Made by a program: the position numbers and the translations under genes. This document shows, piece after piece, positions 8,634 through 16,365 of a DNA stretch of 64,000 bases. Source of the DNA: an uncultured Candidatus Saccharibacteria bacterium (GTDB taxonomy: Bacteria; Patescibacteriota; Saccharimonadia; Saccharimonadales; AWTP1-31); contig CAZTPC010000001.1 in NCBI GenBank assembly GCA_964615565.1, positions 7,353 through 71,352 of the forward strand, read 5' to 3'. Every line of letters starts with the position of its first letter. The first letter of the stretch is position 1. The notes under the pieces are model-generated. The model searched no databases. It saw only the letters and a program-made list of their open reading frames with translations, and was not told the DNA's origin.

Positions 8634-10406
8634 CTACCAGGTTGGTCCGGACGGGGCGGTGAAGTTGGCACCGAGTACGATGATGTAATCCGGTTGAGGA
8701 GTGCTGTTAGCGGAAGCCGAGGCCGATGTTGAGTTAGTCGCACTCGAAGTATCTGTACTAGCTTTTGCGGCTGGAACGATGCCGCCAGGTAAGGTAGAAG
8801 TAACTACTGTCCCAAAACGTACGCTCAGGAACCGCTCGGTGAATGGTCGCTTGGTAGTTTTGTTCATGCGAATGATAAGTGTTTTGTTCTGTGTAGATTC
8901 ACTCGTTTCCTTGGTGAGTACTTTATATCCATAGCTGGCCATTATGTCACCAACCGTAGTTGCCATACCGGTTCGGCCGGAACCGTTATATACAGCAATC
9001 TTTGGCCCCTCTTTCTTTAGATACGGGTCAACCATGTTGCTGCGTGCATAAGCGCGAATCTTGGTATAGTCATCAAAACCTTCGGTTGGCCGGACTACCG
9101 ATTGTCCGCCACCAGCAGAGTCGGTGCGTACTAAAGGATCTTCTGGTTTAGCCAGATCAAGCGAAGCAATATCTTTTTCTGGCAAAAGCTTAGTCTTTTC
9201 GAACAAGGTCTTTGCCTCATCTATAGTTAAGTCAGTTCGGATGTTCTTTTGGACAGCGTTAGCAAGAGCATTAAGTCGCACGGGGTTGGCTACGATTCCG
9301 GTGCTTGTAGCTTTTTCGCGCATAGCCAACAGTAGGCGACGCTGGTTGGCGTTTCGGTCGAAGTCTCCACGTGCACTACCATGTCGAGTACGGGCATATT
9401 GCAGGGCGCGAGCACCATCCATGGTTTGTGCGCCTGCCTTAAACTTCCAACCAGTAAATCCATCATAGATTGCATCGGGGACATTCACATCTACGCCACC
9501 AAGTGCGTCAACTACATCGCGAAAAGCCTTATAATCGGTAAGTACATATTTATGAATAGGCACGCCGGACACCTCTCTCATGATGCCGATCGCTGCTTGA
9601 ACTCCTGCCTTTTCAGCTTCGTCAGCACTCTTGCCTCGGTAGGTGGCATATTGTTTTGCTGTGCTATAGACAGCGTTGATCTTCATATTGCTCCCACGAC
9701 TCTCTACCCATGTATCGCGAGGAACGCTTAGCAATGAGGCGTTTTGATTCTTTAGGTCGACACTAGCAATAAGCATTGTGTCGGTCAGGTCAGGAGCTTC
9801 GTTCTCGGTACCACCACGTCCCATAAGCAAGACATTGAGGCGACCATCTCCTTCGGTATTAAGCTGTGAAGGATCGATATCTTCGTTGAGGGCAGCAGAT
9901 TTACTGTTACCAACACCTCGGCCAAATACTGAGTTTAAGAAGCTGTAGAGACGTACGCCAAGGAATGAGCCACCAGCAATTACTATTATTGCCGTAACAA
10001 GCCCGATCTTAAACTTAAGTGAGCGATTCTTCCACCACGTCCTCAGACGGCCACGTTTCTTTCCGCCATCGCCTGCATCTTTGGCTGCTTTCTTACGATC
10101 ACGACGTGAGCCGGCTACTTGTTTAGCAGTCTTTTCTGGGTATGCATTACTAAAGACATCCGTCTCAGGCCGATCAAAGTCATCAAGCTCAATAGTTTCG
10201 TCAACAGCCTGTTTTGCACTAGTGATCTCTGGGTCGATAGGCTGACGCTTGGCAAGAGGACGACGAGGACCACCGCTGAGCGGACCTTCTTTTCCATAAT
10301 ATTCAGGACTAACTACTGGACGACGACGTTTCGGGGCGAAACCATCCAAAGAAGTATTAGTGGGGCTCTTCTTAGAACCCTTAAAGTTCAAACGATCGTG
10401 AGGCAT
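8634..10406 (-). CDS. LytR-CpsA-Psr (LCP) family cell-envelope polymer transferase with LytR_C domain
   Basis: Basic disordered N-terminus, one TM helix and the LCP domain (LLMGRGG...DTMLIASVD...LLSVPRDTWV...INAVY...GG...DRNANQRRLL). A C-terminal domain of LytR_C type (ADYIIVLG) follows. Confidence 0.9.
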   Translation of the reverse strand: MPHDRLNFKGSKKSPTNTSLDGFAPKRRRPVVSPEYYGKEGPLSGGPRRPLAKRQPIDPEITSAKQAVDETIELDDFDRPETDVFSNAYPEKTAKQVAGSRRDRKKAAKDAGDGGKKRGRLRTWWKNRSLKFKIGLVTAIIVIAGGSFLGVRLYSFLNSVFGRGVGNSKSAALNEDIDPSQLNTEGDGRLNVLLMGRGGTENEAPDLTDTMLIASVDLKNQNASLLSVPRDTWVESRGSNMKINAVYSTAKQYATYRGKSADEAEKAGVQAAIGIMREVSGVPIHKYVLTDYKAFRDVVDALGGVDVNVPDAIYDGFTGWKFKAGAQTMDGARALQYARTRHGSARGDFDRNANQRRLLLAMREKATSTGIVANPVRLNALANAVQKNIRTDLTIDEAKTLFEKTKLLPEKDIASLDLAKPEDPLVRTDSAGGGQSVVRPTEGFDDYTKIRAYARSNMVDPYLKKEGPKIAVYNGSGRTGMATTVGDIMASYGYKVLTKETSESTQNKTLIIRMNKTTKRPFTERFLSVRFGTVVTSTLPGGIVPAAKASTDTSSATNSTSASASANSTPQPDYIIVLGANFTAPSGPTW

Positions 10407-10472
10407 ATTCGAGTATTATAACCGACCATCATACAAATGTCTTATGGTTATACACAGCTTTTACACAGGAAG

Positions 10473-10784
10473 TTACTTTTGGCGGTTCTTCTTGAAGTCT
10501 GCTGATTTGTTCAGGTTCTGCTGAGCAATGTCTGACAGGGAAAGATCAAAGTACTCTGCGAGTACTGCTACGTAATACAGGACATCACCAAGTTTCTCTG
10601 ATGCGGCAGCTGTATCACTAGTGTCTGGTTGGCCGTCTTTGTCTCGGATTACTTTTTTAAGCTGATTCGCAAGTATGCCTGCTTCACCGGTGAGACCAAG
10701 TGTTCGATGAGCGAGGGCAGGAATGCCTTTTTGAGTGATTGCCACGCTCTCTAGTGCCTTCTTTTGGAAGTTGTTTATATCCAT
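10473..10784 (-). CDS. MazG-like nucleotide pyrophosphohydrolase (small all-alpha NTP-PPase)
   Basis: EEAGELANQLKK-like segment (LGLTGEAGILANQLKK) and LGDVLYYVAVLAEYFDLSL, typical of the MazG/YpjD family. Confidence 0.7.
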   Translation of the reverse strand: MDINNFQKKALESVAITQKGIPALAHRTLGLTGEAGILANQLKKVIRDKDGQPDTSDTAAASEKLGDVLYYVAVLAEYFDLSLSDIAQQNLNKSADFKKNRQK

Positions 10785-10832
10785 GTCATAAGTATACCTC
10801 TTGTGACCAGAGGTGTGCTACCATAAGCGTAA

Positions 10833-11282
10833 ATGGCAAAAAAGAAAAGATTAACTAAAAAACGTCGTTTAGAGCTCATCCAGTTTGTAGAATACTTCGT
10901 TAGCGGTGGTGCTTTTTTCTGGACAGGCTACGCGGTTTTCTTTGTCTGCGACCAGATCTTTGGCCTAAATCTATGGTGGGCAAAGCTTATCGCCAACCTT
11001 AGTGGTTGGACAGTCAATTATTTACTACAACGGTACTGGGTCTTCAATGACAAGCGATTATCTAAGCACCAGACCGAAGTTACAACCCGTTACATTATCA
11101 TCACCTTGGTAAACTTTGGCCTGGATTATCTAATTATCTGGGGGCTAAAGTCTGCCGGACTCACGCCATACATCGGCCAGTTTTTATCTGCTGGGTTCTT
11201 TACCGTTTGGAATTACCTTTGGTACCGTTTTTGGGTATTCCCGCATCACAAACATCGTCATAAGCGTCACGCTACGGTGTAA
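10833..11282 (+). CDS. GtrA family membrane protein (polysaccharide synthesis / flippase-associated)
   Basis: Four TM helices and GtrA-like motifs (FVEYFVSGGAFFW, NLSGWTVNYLLQRYWVF). Confidence 0.8.
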   Translation: MAKKKRLTKKRRLELIQFVEYFVSGGAFFWTGYAVFFVCDQIFGLNLWWAKLIANLSGWTVNYLLQRYWVFNDKRLSKHQTEVTTRYIIITLVNFGLDYLIIWGLKSAGLTPYIGQFLSAGFFTVWNYLWYRFWVFPHHKHRHKRHATV

Positions 11283-11291
11283 GATAAGCAT

Positions 11292-11753
11292 ATGGAAACT
11301 GTTCGTCCAACAAAAAAACAGCGTGAGATTCTAGAATATATCCGTTCGTTCATTGCTGAGCATGGTTACAGTCCTAGTTACCGAGAGATCATGAATGGCC
11401 TCAACTATACATCGGTGGCAACTGTATCGTTGCATGTGAATAGCCTGATCACCCGGGGGCACCTACGAAAACGAGATCGATCAGCCAGGTCAATTGAGGT
11501 TGTCGATACTGCCGACCAACCTAAAGTCACCAGCAACCAGATCACTGCTAGCCAGGAGAAGTGGCTAGTTAAGCGAGTCGAAGGGCTGTTTGTTGAGCAA
11601 GAGGGCTTGCCGCGGCCAAAAGAAAGCGATGTCGATAACTTGTACGTGCTAGTTGGGGCGCTCAAAATCTTGGGACTCGATGGTGCGGCACATTCGTTTA
11701 TACCTCGACTCACCCCGCTAAAAGACAAAACTGTAAACCCAGCAGATAAATAG
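11292..11753 (+). CDS. LexA-type winged-helix DNA-binding domain protein lacking the S24 peptidase domain
   Basis: N-terminus LTKKQREILEYIRSFIAEHGYSPSYREIMNGLNYTSVATVSLHVNSLITRGHLRKRD resembles the LexA_DNA_bind domain. The C-terminal 80 aa lack the S24 Ser/Lys dyad motifs. Confidence 0.6.
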   Translation: METVRPTKKQREILEYIRSFIAEHGYSPSYREIMNGLNYTSVATVSLHVNSLITRGHLRKRDRSARSIEVVDTADQPKVTSNQITASQEKWLVKRVEGLFVEQEGLPRPKESDVDNLYVLVGALKILGLDGAAHSFIPRLTPLKDKTVNPADK

Positions 11754-11763
11754 AGGTACGAAT

Positions 11764-12570
11764 ATGATCGCAATCTTGCAAGCTATAGTTCTAGGAATTA
11801 TCGAAGGTCTAACCGAGTTTCTGCCTATCTCCAGTACTGGTCACTTAGTGGTTGCCGAGCGCGTACTAGGGTATAAGGACGCTGCTGAGCTGTTCACCGT
11901 AGTTATTCAGCTTGGTGCAATTGCCGCAGTCATTTGGTACTACCGAAAAGACCTCATTGAAAAAGTACAAGGACTCTTTGGAGATAAAAAAGTTCAGCGC
12001 TTCTGGATTAACTGGATCATAGCAACAATTCCTGCAGGTATTGCAGGGGCACTATTCGCCGATCAGCTTTCACGTTTTGCCACTGTTAGGACGGTAGCTG
12101 TCTCATTGATAGTCGGTGGTGTGATAATCTGGCTCATCGAGAATTATCACAAACCACGTCCGGCTGGGGCTGCGCCAAAATTTGAATCGCTAACCACCAG
12201 ACAGGCTCTTCAAGTTGGATTTTACCAGATTGCATCATTGATCCCAGGTGTCTCACGTTCGGGTGCAACCATAATGGGAGGGTTGTTGTCTGGTGTTGAC
12301 CGAGTTACTGCCACAGCGTTTTCGTTTTACCTGAGTATGCCAATCATCATTCTTGCCAGTGCCTACAAGCTTGTGAAGGAAGGCGACAAGATTTCTCAGG
12401 TGACGGGAGGCTCGGTGGCGCTATTGGTCGGTACCGTAACGGCTTTTATCTCTGCGTTAGTTGTAGTGAAGTGGTTACTGCACTATGTGGCGCGCAATAA
12501 CTTTAAGCCATTTGCTTACTATCGGATTGGCTTTGGTTTACTTATTCTTTTGGTTCTGGCTGTTCGTTAG
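11764..12570 (+). CDS. uppP: undecaprenyl-diphosphatase
   Basis: BacA/UppP motifs (GLTEFLPISSTGHL, PGVSRSGATI) and about 8 TM helices. Confidence 0.9.
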   Translation: MIAILQAIVLGIIEGLTEFLPISSTGHLVVAERVLGYKDAAELFTVVIQLGAIAAVIWYYRKDLIEKVQGLFGDKKVQRFWINWIIATIPAGIAGALFADQLSRFATVRTVAVSLIVGGVIIWLIENYHKPRPAGAAPKFESLTTRQALQVGFYQIASLIPGVSRSGATIMGGLLSGVDRVTATAFSFYLSMPIIILASAYKLVKEGDKISQVTGGSVALLVGTVTAFISALVVVKWLLHYVARNNFKPFAYYRIGFGLLILLVLAVR

Positions 12571-13651
12571 AGTCGTCGAACGAACGAGTTAGATGAGCAA
12601 CAAAGCCGATACCTCTTGCCAGGGTGGTACGTAACTCATTGGCTTTCATCGCAGCGAAGCGTTCGTGTTGATCGCGGGTTCGCGCTTGTAGGGTATGAAT
12701 ACCAGACATCTCCGAATATTCTTTAGCTGCCCATATACCCATTTGTAGACAGTCATCATCGTCTCGGAGTGAGCCTAGCCGACCAAGCCTGGTGTGCAGC
12801 AGTGTCTCGGGGTCAAGATAACAGGCAATAGGGAGAACGAGCATGTTTTCCTGGGTGAGGAGCCGTACGGTTCCCGGTTGAATAGCGGCCTGACTTTCGG
12901 CGAACACTCGGTCGCGCCAGTGAATCTTGTAGTTGGTTGATCCGCCCGTACCTAATGTAATAATCTTACCGCCAGCTTGTATGCCACGCTCTAACGCACT
13001 TAGTGAGGCACCATTAAAGTCACTTTGCAGGTCTTTATCGAACTTATCACCAGACTTACTACGCGGCAGACTAAATAGAATGTTGGCGATCGCTCGAGCA
13101 ACATCGGGAACAGGAGTTCCTTCATAGGCATACCAGTTGAGAGCCTTAGCTAATAATAAGTAACGGTCGGCGGCGTTATCGGTGCCGTATTTCCGGCTCA
13201 AACCTAGAGCGAGCTGAGCAGTGGGTAAGGCGATATCATGTACCTGCGAGTGTGTTGGAATGGCAAAGGCAACGTTATACTTTTCGGTTAATGCCTCATG
13301 TAGTTCATCAATTGTTGATTCGTTAGTCTCGATAAACTCATCGGTTCTCGCAAGCAAGTTGGCAGAAAGCTTATCCCCAATGGTTCTAAAAACAAATTCC
13401 AGAGGGACTGGCGTGGCCTCTGTTAAGTGACAGTCCACATGTTGTGATGGATAGGCATTTATGTCGGTTGGAAGCTGGGTGAATATCGATCCTTCACCGG
13501 TATGCTTAGTAGCACCCTCAAAACAGGCTTCATACATTTCCAAGGTTTCAACAGGGTACTCCTCTGCCAGGCTTCTTGGGTAAGGCTCTTCTAAAACAGT
13601 AGACACAATGCTGCAAATTCTACATTGAAACTGCTCTTCTACCAAAAGCAT
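12542..13651 (-). CDS. hypothetical protein (369 aa)
   Basis: Long ORF divergent from the 13870 gene. No recognisable domain. The 3' end overlaps the uppP 3' end (convergent). Confidence 0.6.
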   Translation of the reverse strand: MLLVEEQFQCRICSIVSTVLEEPYPRSLAEEYPVETLEMYEACFEGATKHTGEGSIFTQLPTDINAYPSQHVDCHLTEATPVPLEFVFRTIGDKLSANLLARTDEFIETNESTIDELHEALTEKYNVAFAIPTHSQVHDIALPTAQLALGLSRKYGTDNAADRYLLLAKALNWYAYEGTPVPDVARAIANILFSLPRSKSGDKFDKDLQSDFNGASLSALERGIQAGGKIITLGTGGSTNYKIHWRDRVFAESQAAIQPGTVRLLTQENMLVLPIACYLDPETLLHTRLGRLGSLRDDDDCLQMGIWAAKEYSEMSGIHTLQARTRDQHERFAAMKANELRTTLARGIGFVAHLTRSFDDSNEQPEPKE

Positions 13652-13693
13652 AATGATGACATACTAAGGTTAATTAACAACTTATTGGTGGAA

Positions 13694-13710
13694 TCACGTG
13701 TGAATCGTGA
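13694..13710. promoter_or_regulatory. inverted repeat TCACG-N7-CGTGA (contains CACGTG) in a divergent intergenic region; candidate operator
   Basis: Seen directly as tcacgtgtgaatcgtga. It lies 43 nt upstream of the 13651 start on the minus strand and about 120 nt upstream of the uORF/13870 gene. Confidence 0.35.
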
Positions 13711-13831
13711 ACTGTGCCGCAACTGTAATCCTGCAAAAGCAGGGGAGTCAGGAACACCGTATAACGCATTGTCCCCGAGCAGGATGAGCGGCTTTTTTGC
13801 CCCTTGACCCTCGGATCGATCAGGAGGGTAC

Positions 13832-13873
13832 ATGAGTCGCGCAACTCTTGCAGTAAACAAACAACAACAATGA
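13832..13873 (+). CDS. candidate 13-codon upstream/leader ORF (MSRATLAVNKQQQ) with perfect Shine-Dalgarno
   Basis: AGGAGGG at 13822-13828 lies 4 nt before ATG 13832. The stop TGA (13871-13873) overlaps ATG 13870 of the main ORF as ATGA. Confidence 0.35.
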   Translation: MSRATLAVNKQQQ

Positions 13874-15576
13874 GCTCCCAGAGAGATGGGTTAGAGCTTC
13901 TTGGCTCACCGGAGGTGGTGACTGACATTCGAGTTAATGCTCGATTTGGTATTCCAGTTACGCAGAATCCAGCAGCTGTTGAGAGGCACCGCAGAGGACA
14001 ACTTGAGCTCGTTGATAGTGTTGTGGTACAAGGCGACTTTCCTTGGTTTGGCCCTGATGAAGTAGAAGAAGACGCTGCGCCCGACGTTGATCCTGTCGAG
14101 AGAATGGTCGACGACCTTCTACCATTACATAGTAAAGAAGCTCTAACGCCCGACGCACAGATCAAGGACGAGACGAAAAGGATTGAGGTGTATGGTAGGA
14201 GTCTGCGGGGAATTAAAGCGGCCGGAAGAGTTGCCCTGGAAGGAGCCGAGTTGAGCGCGAATCCTGAGGTCAAACGACTGCGCCAAGAGTTCGATAGCGC
14301 TATTGGAGAGATGTTCAAGACGGCTCCCGGGATTGGTGAATACGTCACCATGGAACGCTCCGAAAGATACACAGTAAAAGATGGAAAAGTTATGGCCGAT
14401 GCCGATGATCCTATGGAAGATGTCATTCAGCGTGGCATAGACTGCTCCCGTGAGGTATCAGAAACTTCAAATCCTGCTATGGGAGTACAGGTTCAGCGCG
14501 ATATCGCCGACCTCCAGCTGCTTCTGGAAGAAGTAGAACCGATGTTCGACATCGATCATCCAGCAGATTACAACACGGTATTTGCGGTAAGTGCTTACCC
14601 CGAAGATGGTGTTGAATTGTATGGCAAACAGTTCTGGAAAGAGCTAGGATATAATACCGAATTCGAATGTGCTATGTTGCAGATGTATCACAAGACTAGC
14701 GAAAACCAGGTAGTTACTCGAACCTTATCAATCGACAGAAGTAACATGGATAGGCTAGTAGCTATGATTGAGCGACATGGGGGCACGGTGCCAGCTGATT
14801 GCACGGTTGCAGATCTAATTACTCACCCGATCACCAGGAGTATGACCTACGAACAGGCTTCTCAGTTTATGGACGACTTAGTTGCCGACTATGAGCGCGA
14901 CGCCGGTTTGCCGCCAAAGCTCGCCACTACCGAGCGGCTTATTGCTCGGCATTATGCACTACGGGATCGTGCGTTTAACGATCTGTATCTTGAGGTTGCA
15001 AAATCATCTGCTGATGGCAAAAAGACAATCAAGCTCACAGACTTTATTGCTAGTATTCGTCCTGCAGTTAAGCATATGGATGCTGTTTATCAGCAAAAGC
15101 TCCAAGAGATAACCAGGAGCAGTACTTTTGATGACAACGCTACGCGTCTGATGCATGGCATGGTACTGTATTCGGTTGCTGAAACAGTGAGAGGTACGAT
15201 TGCTGCAAGTCTAAACAAACGATTCAGGGGTAAGAAAAAGCCACTAACTACAGAGACGCTATTCAGTGGAGTGAATCTTCGGCAGGACGAACGAGGCTTT
15301 ATGGAACAGCTCATTTTCAACCTAGCACAAGGCATAAAGCTAGGTATTTCTTACGGAGGTTGTGGCGCGCTCTTCGACTTTGGCCAACTGATGGCCTTGC
15401 AACAAGCATTTGGCGGCGGTGAGCAGAAGCTAAAGAACGACGACGAAGATGCTGGAGACGGATTGGGCCCAATCGAATTTATGTGCAAAAAGAATCACCG
15501 TTGCCGTCGGCCGTTTGGCGCCCTGCTCAAGAAGTGCCGGAAGTGCAAGGATAACGGCGAAAGCGTAGGCTGTTAA
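13870..15576 (+). CDS. hypothetical protein (568 aa from ATG; ORF open from TTG 13804) with C-terminal Cys-rich tail
   Basis: Long ORF with no recognised catalytic motif. The C-terminus CKKNHRC...KKCRKC resembles a zinc ribbon (C-x4-C ... C-x2-C). The ATG has no SD of its own and is coupled to the upstream uORF. Confidence 0.65.
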   Translation: MSSQRDGLELLGSPEVVTDIRVNARFGIPVTQNPAAVERHRRGQLELVDSVVVQGDFPWFGPDEVEEDAAPDVDPVERMVDDLLPLHSKEALTPDAQIKDETKRIEVYGRSLRGIKAAGRVALEGAELSANPEVKRLRQEFDSAIGEMFKTAPGIGEYVTMERSERYTVKDGKVMADADDPMEDVIQRGIDCSREVSETSNPAMGVQVQRDIADLQLLLEEVEPMFDIDHPADYNTVFAVSAYPEDGVELYGKQFWKELGYNTEFECAMLQMYHKTSENQVVTRTLSIDRSNMDRLVAMIERHGGTVPADCTVADLITHPITRSMTYEQASQFMDDLVADYERDAGLPPKLATTERLIARHYALRDRAFNDLYLEVAKSSADGKKTIKLTDFIASIRPAVKHMDAVYQQKLQEITRSSTFDDNATRLMHGMVLYSVAETVRGTIAASLNKRFRGKKKPLTTETLFSGVNLRQDERGFMEQLIFNLAQGIKLGISYGGCGALFDFGQLMALQQAFGGGEQKLKNDDEDAGDGLGPIEFMCKKNHRCRRPFGALLKKCRKCKDNGESVGC

Positions 15577-15577
15577 T

Positions 15578-15742
15578 ATGGCTGACGATTACGACCCGTA
15601 CCAGGAAATGGTCGACCAACGTTCACCTGAGTTGTTCTGTGATAGCTGTGGCCATTATCCAATCGAACCAGTCCATGGACACTTTATGTGCCCAGAATGC
15701 CATATGCCTACCAAATGCTGCGAAGGTGCTCCAGCCGATTAA
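15578..15742 (+). CDS. small zinc-ribbon protein (54 aa), absent from the ORF track
   Basis: ATG lies 1 nt after the upstream TAA (taatATG). The protein MADDYDPYQEMVDQRSPELFCDSCGHYPIEPVHGHFMCPECHMPTKCCEGAPAD carries CxxC...CPEC...CC motifs. It ends in a double stop (taataa). Confidence 0.5.
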   Translation: MADDYDPYQEMVDQRSPELFCDSCGHYPIEPVHGHFMCPECHMPTKCCEGAPAD

Positions 15743-15759
15743 TAAGCTATACTGCTTCC

Positions 15760-16365
15760 ATGAAGCGGATCGGCGTATTAAGCGGGACATTTGACCCAGT
15801 ACATAAGGGGCACATTGCTTTTGCATTACTTGCGATCGATAAAGCGGACCTTGACATGGTCTATTTTGCGCCAGAAGTTAAGCCACGTCGGAAGCCACAG
15901 GTAACGCATTTTGCGCATCGTGTTGCAATGCTTAAGCTGGCGACTCGGCCATATAAACAACTCGGTGTTCTAGAGCTGCCGGATAGGTACTTTTTGGCAC
16001 GCACTACATTACCAAAGCTACAGCAGAAGTTTCCCGGTTGCCAGATTCACCTACTGTTAGGATCTGATCTGTTTGAGCATATGCCGACCTGGCCAAATGT
16101 AGAATTGATGATTAGCAAAGTAGGCCTGGTGGTTGGCGCACGTGGCACATACGAAGTGTCAGAAGCACTAGTAAAACTACCAAGCCTGCCAACGCAACCA
16201 CTAGAGTTCCATGTGCTGGACAGTGTAGAGCGCCAGACATCATCTGCAAGTATTCGTCAGCAGTTGATAGACGGAAAATCTACTGATCAGATTGTGCCCA
16301 GCGTTTCTAAATACGCTCGCGACAACTGGTTGTATCATGATATCTCTAAAGCCAAAAAGGGTTAG
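15760..16365 (+). CDS. nadD: nicotinate-nucleotide adenylyltransferase
   Basis: MKRIGVLSGTFDPVHKGH carries the (H/T)xGH nucleotidyltransferase motif, within a NadD-like 201 aa length. The track ORF's N-terminal extension to 15688 overlaps the zinc-ribbon gene and was rejected. Confidence 0.85.
   Translation: MKRIGVLSGTFDPVHKGHIAFALLAIDKADLDMVYFAPEVKPRRKPQVTHFAHRVAMLKLATRPYKQLGVLELPDRYFLARTTLPKLQQKFPGCQIHLLLGSDLFEHMPTWPNVELMISKVGLVVGARGTYEVSEALVKLPSLPTQPLEFHVLDSVERQTSSASIRQQLIDGKSTDQIVPSVSKYARDNWLYHDISKAKKG

Noticed and set aside
13652-13869. Riboswitch assignment for the structured leader
   Set aside because: Hairpins and a palindrome are present, but no signature of a known riboswitch class (TPP, SAM, FMN, glycine, c-di-GMP, purine and others) could be recognised by eye. 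Left as unclassified structure.
13674-14426. 250-aa minus-strand ORF overlapping the 5' half of the 568-aa gene
   Set aside because: Ser/Thr/Arg-rich low-complexity translation antisense to a long ORF. It has no start context. I consider it spurious.
15688-15759. N-terminal extension of the nadD ORF
   Set aside because: It overlaps the compact Cys-rich ORF in another frame. The NadD family motif begins immediately after Met 15760.
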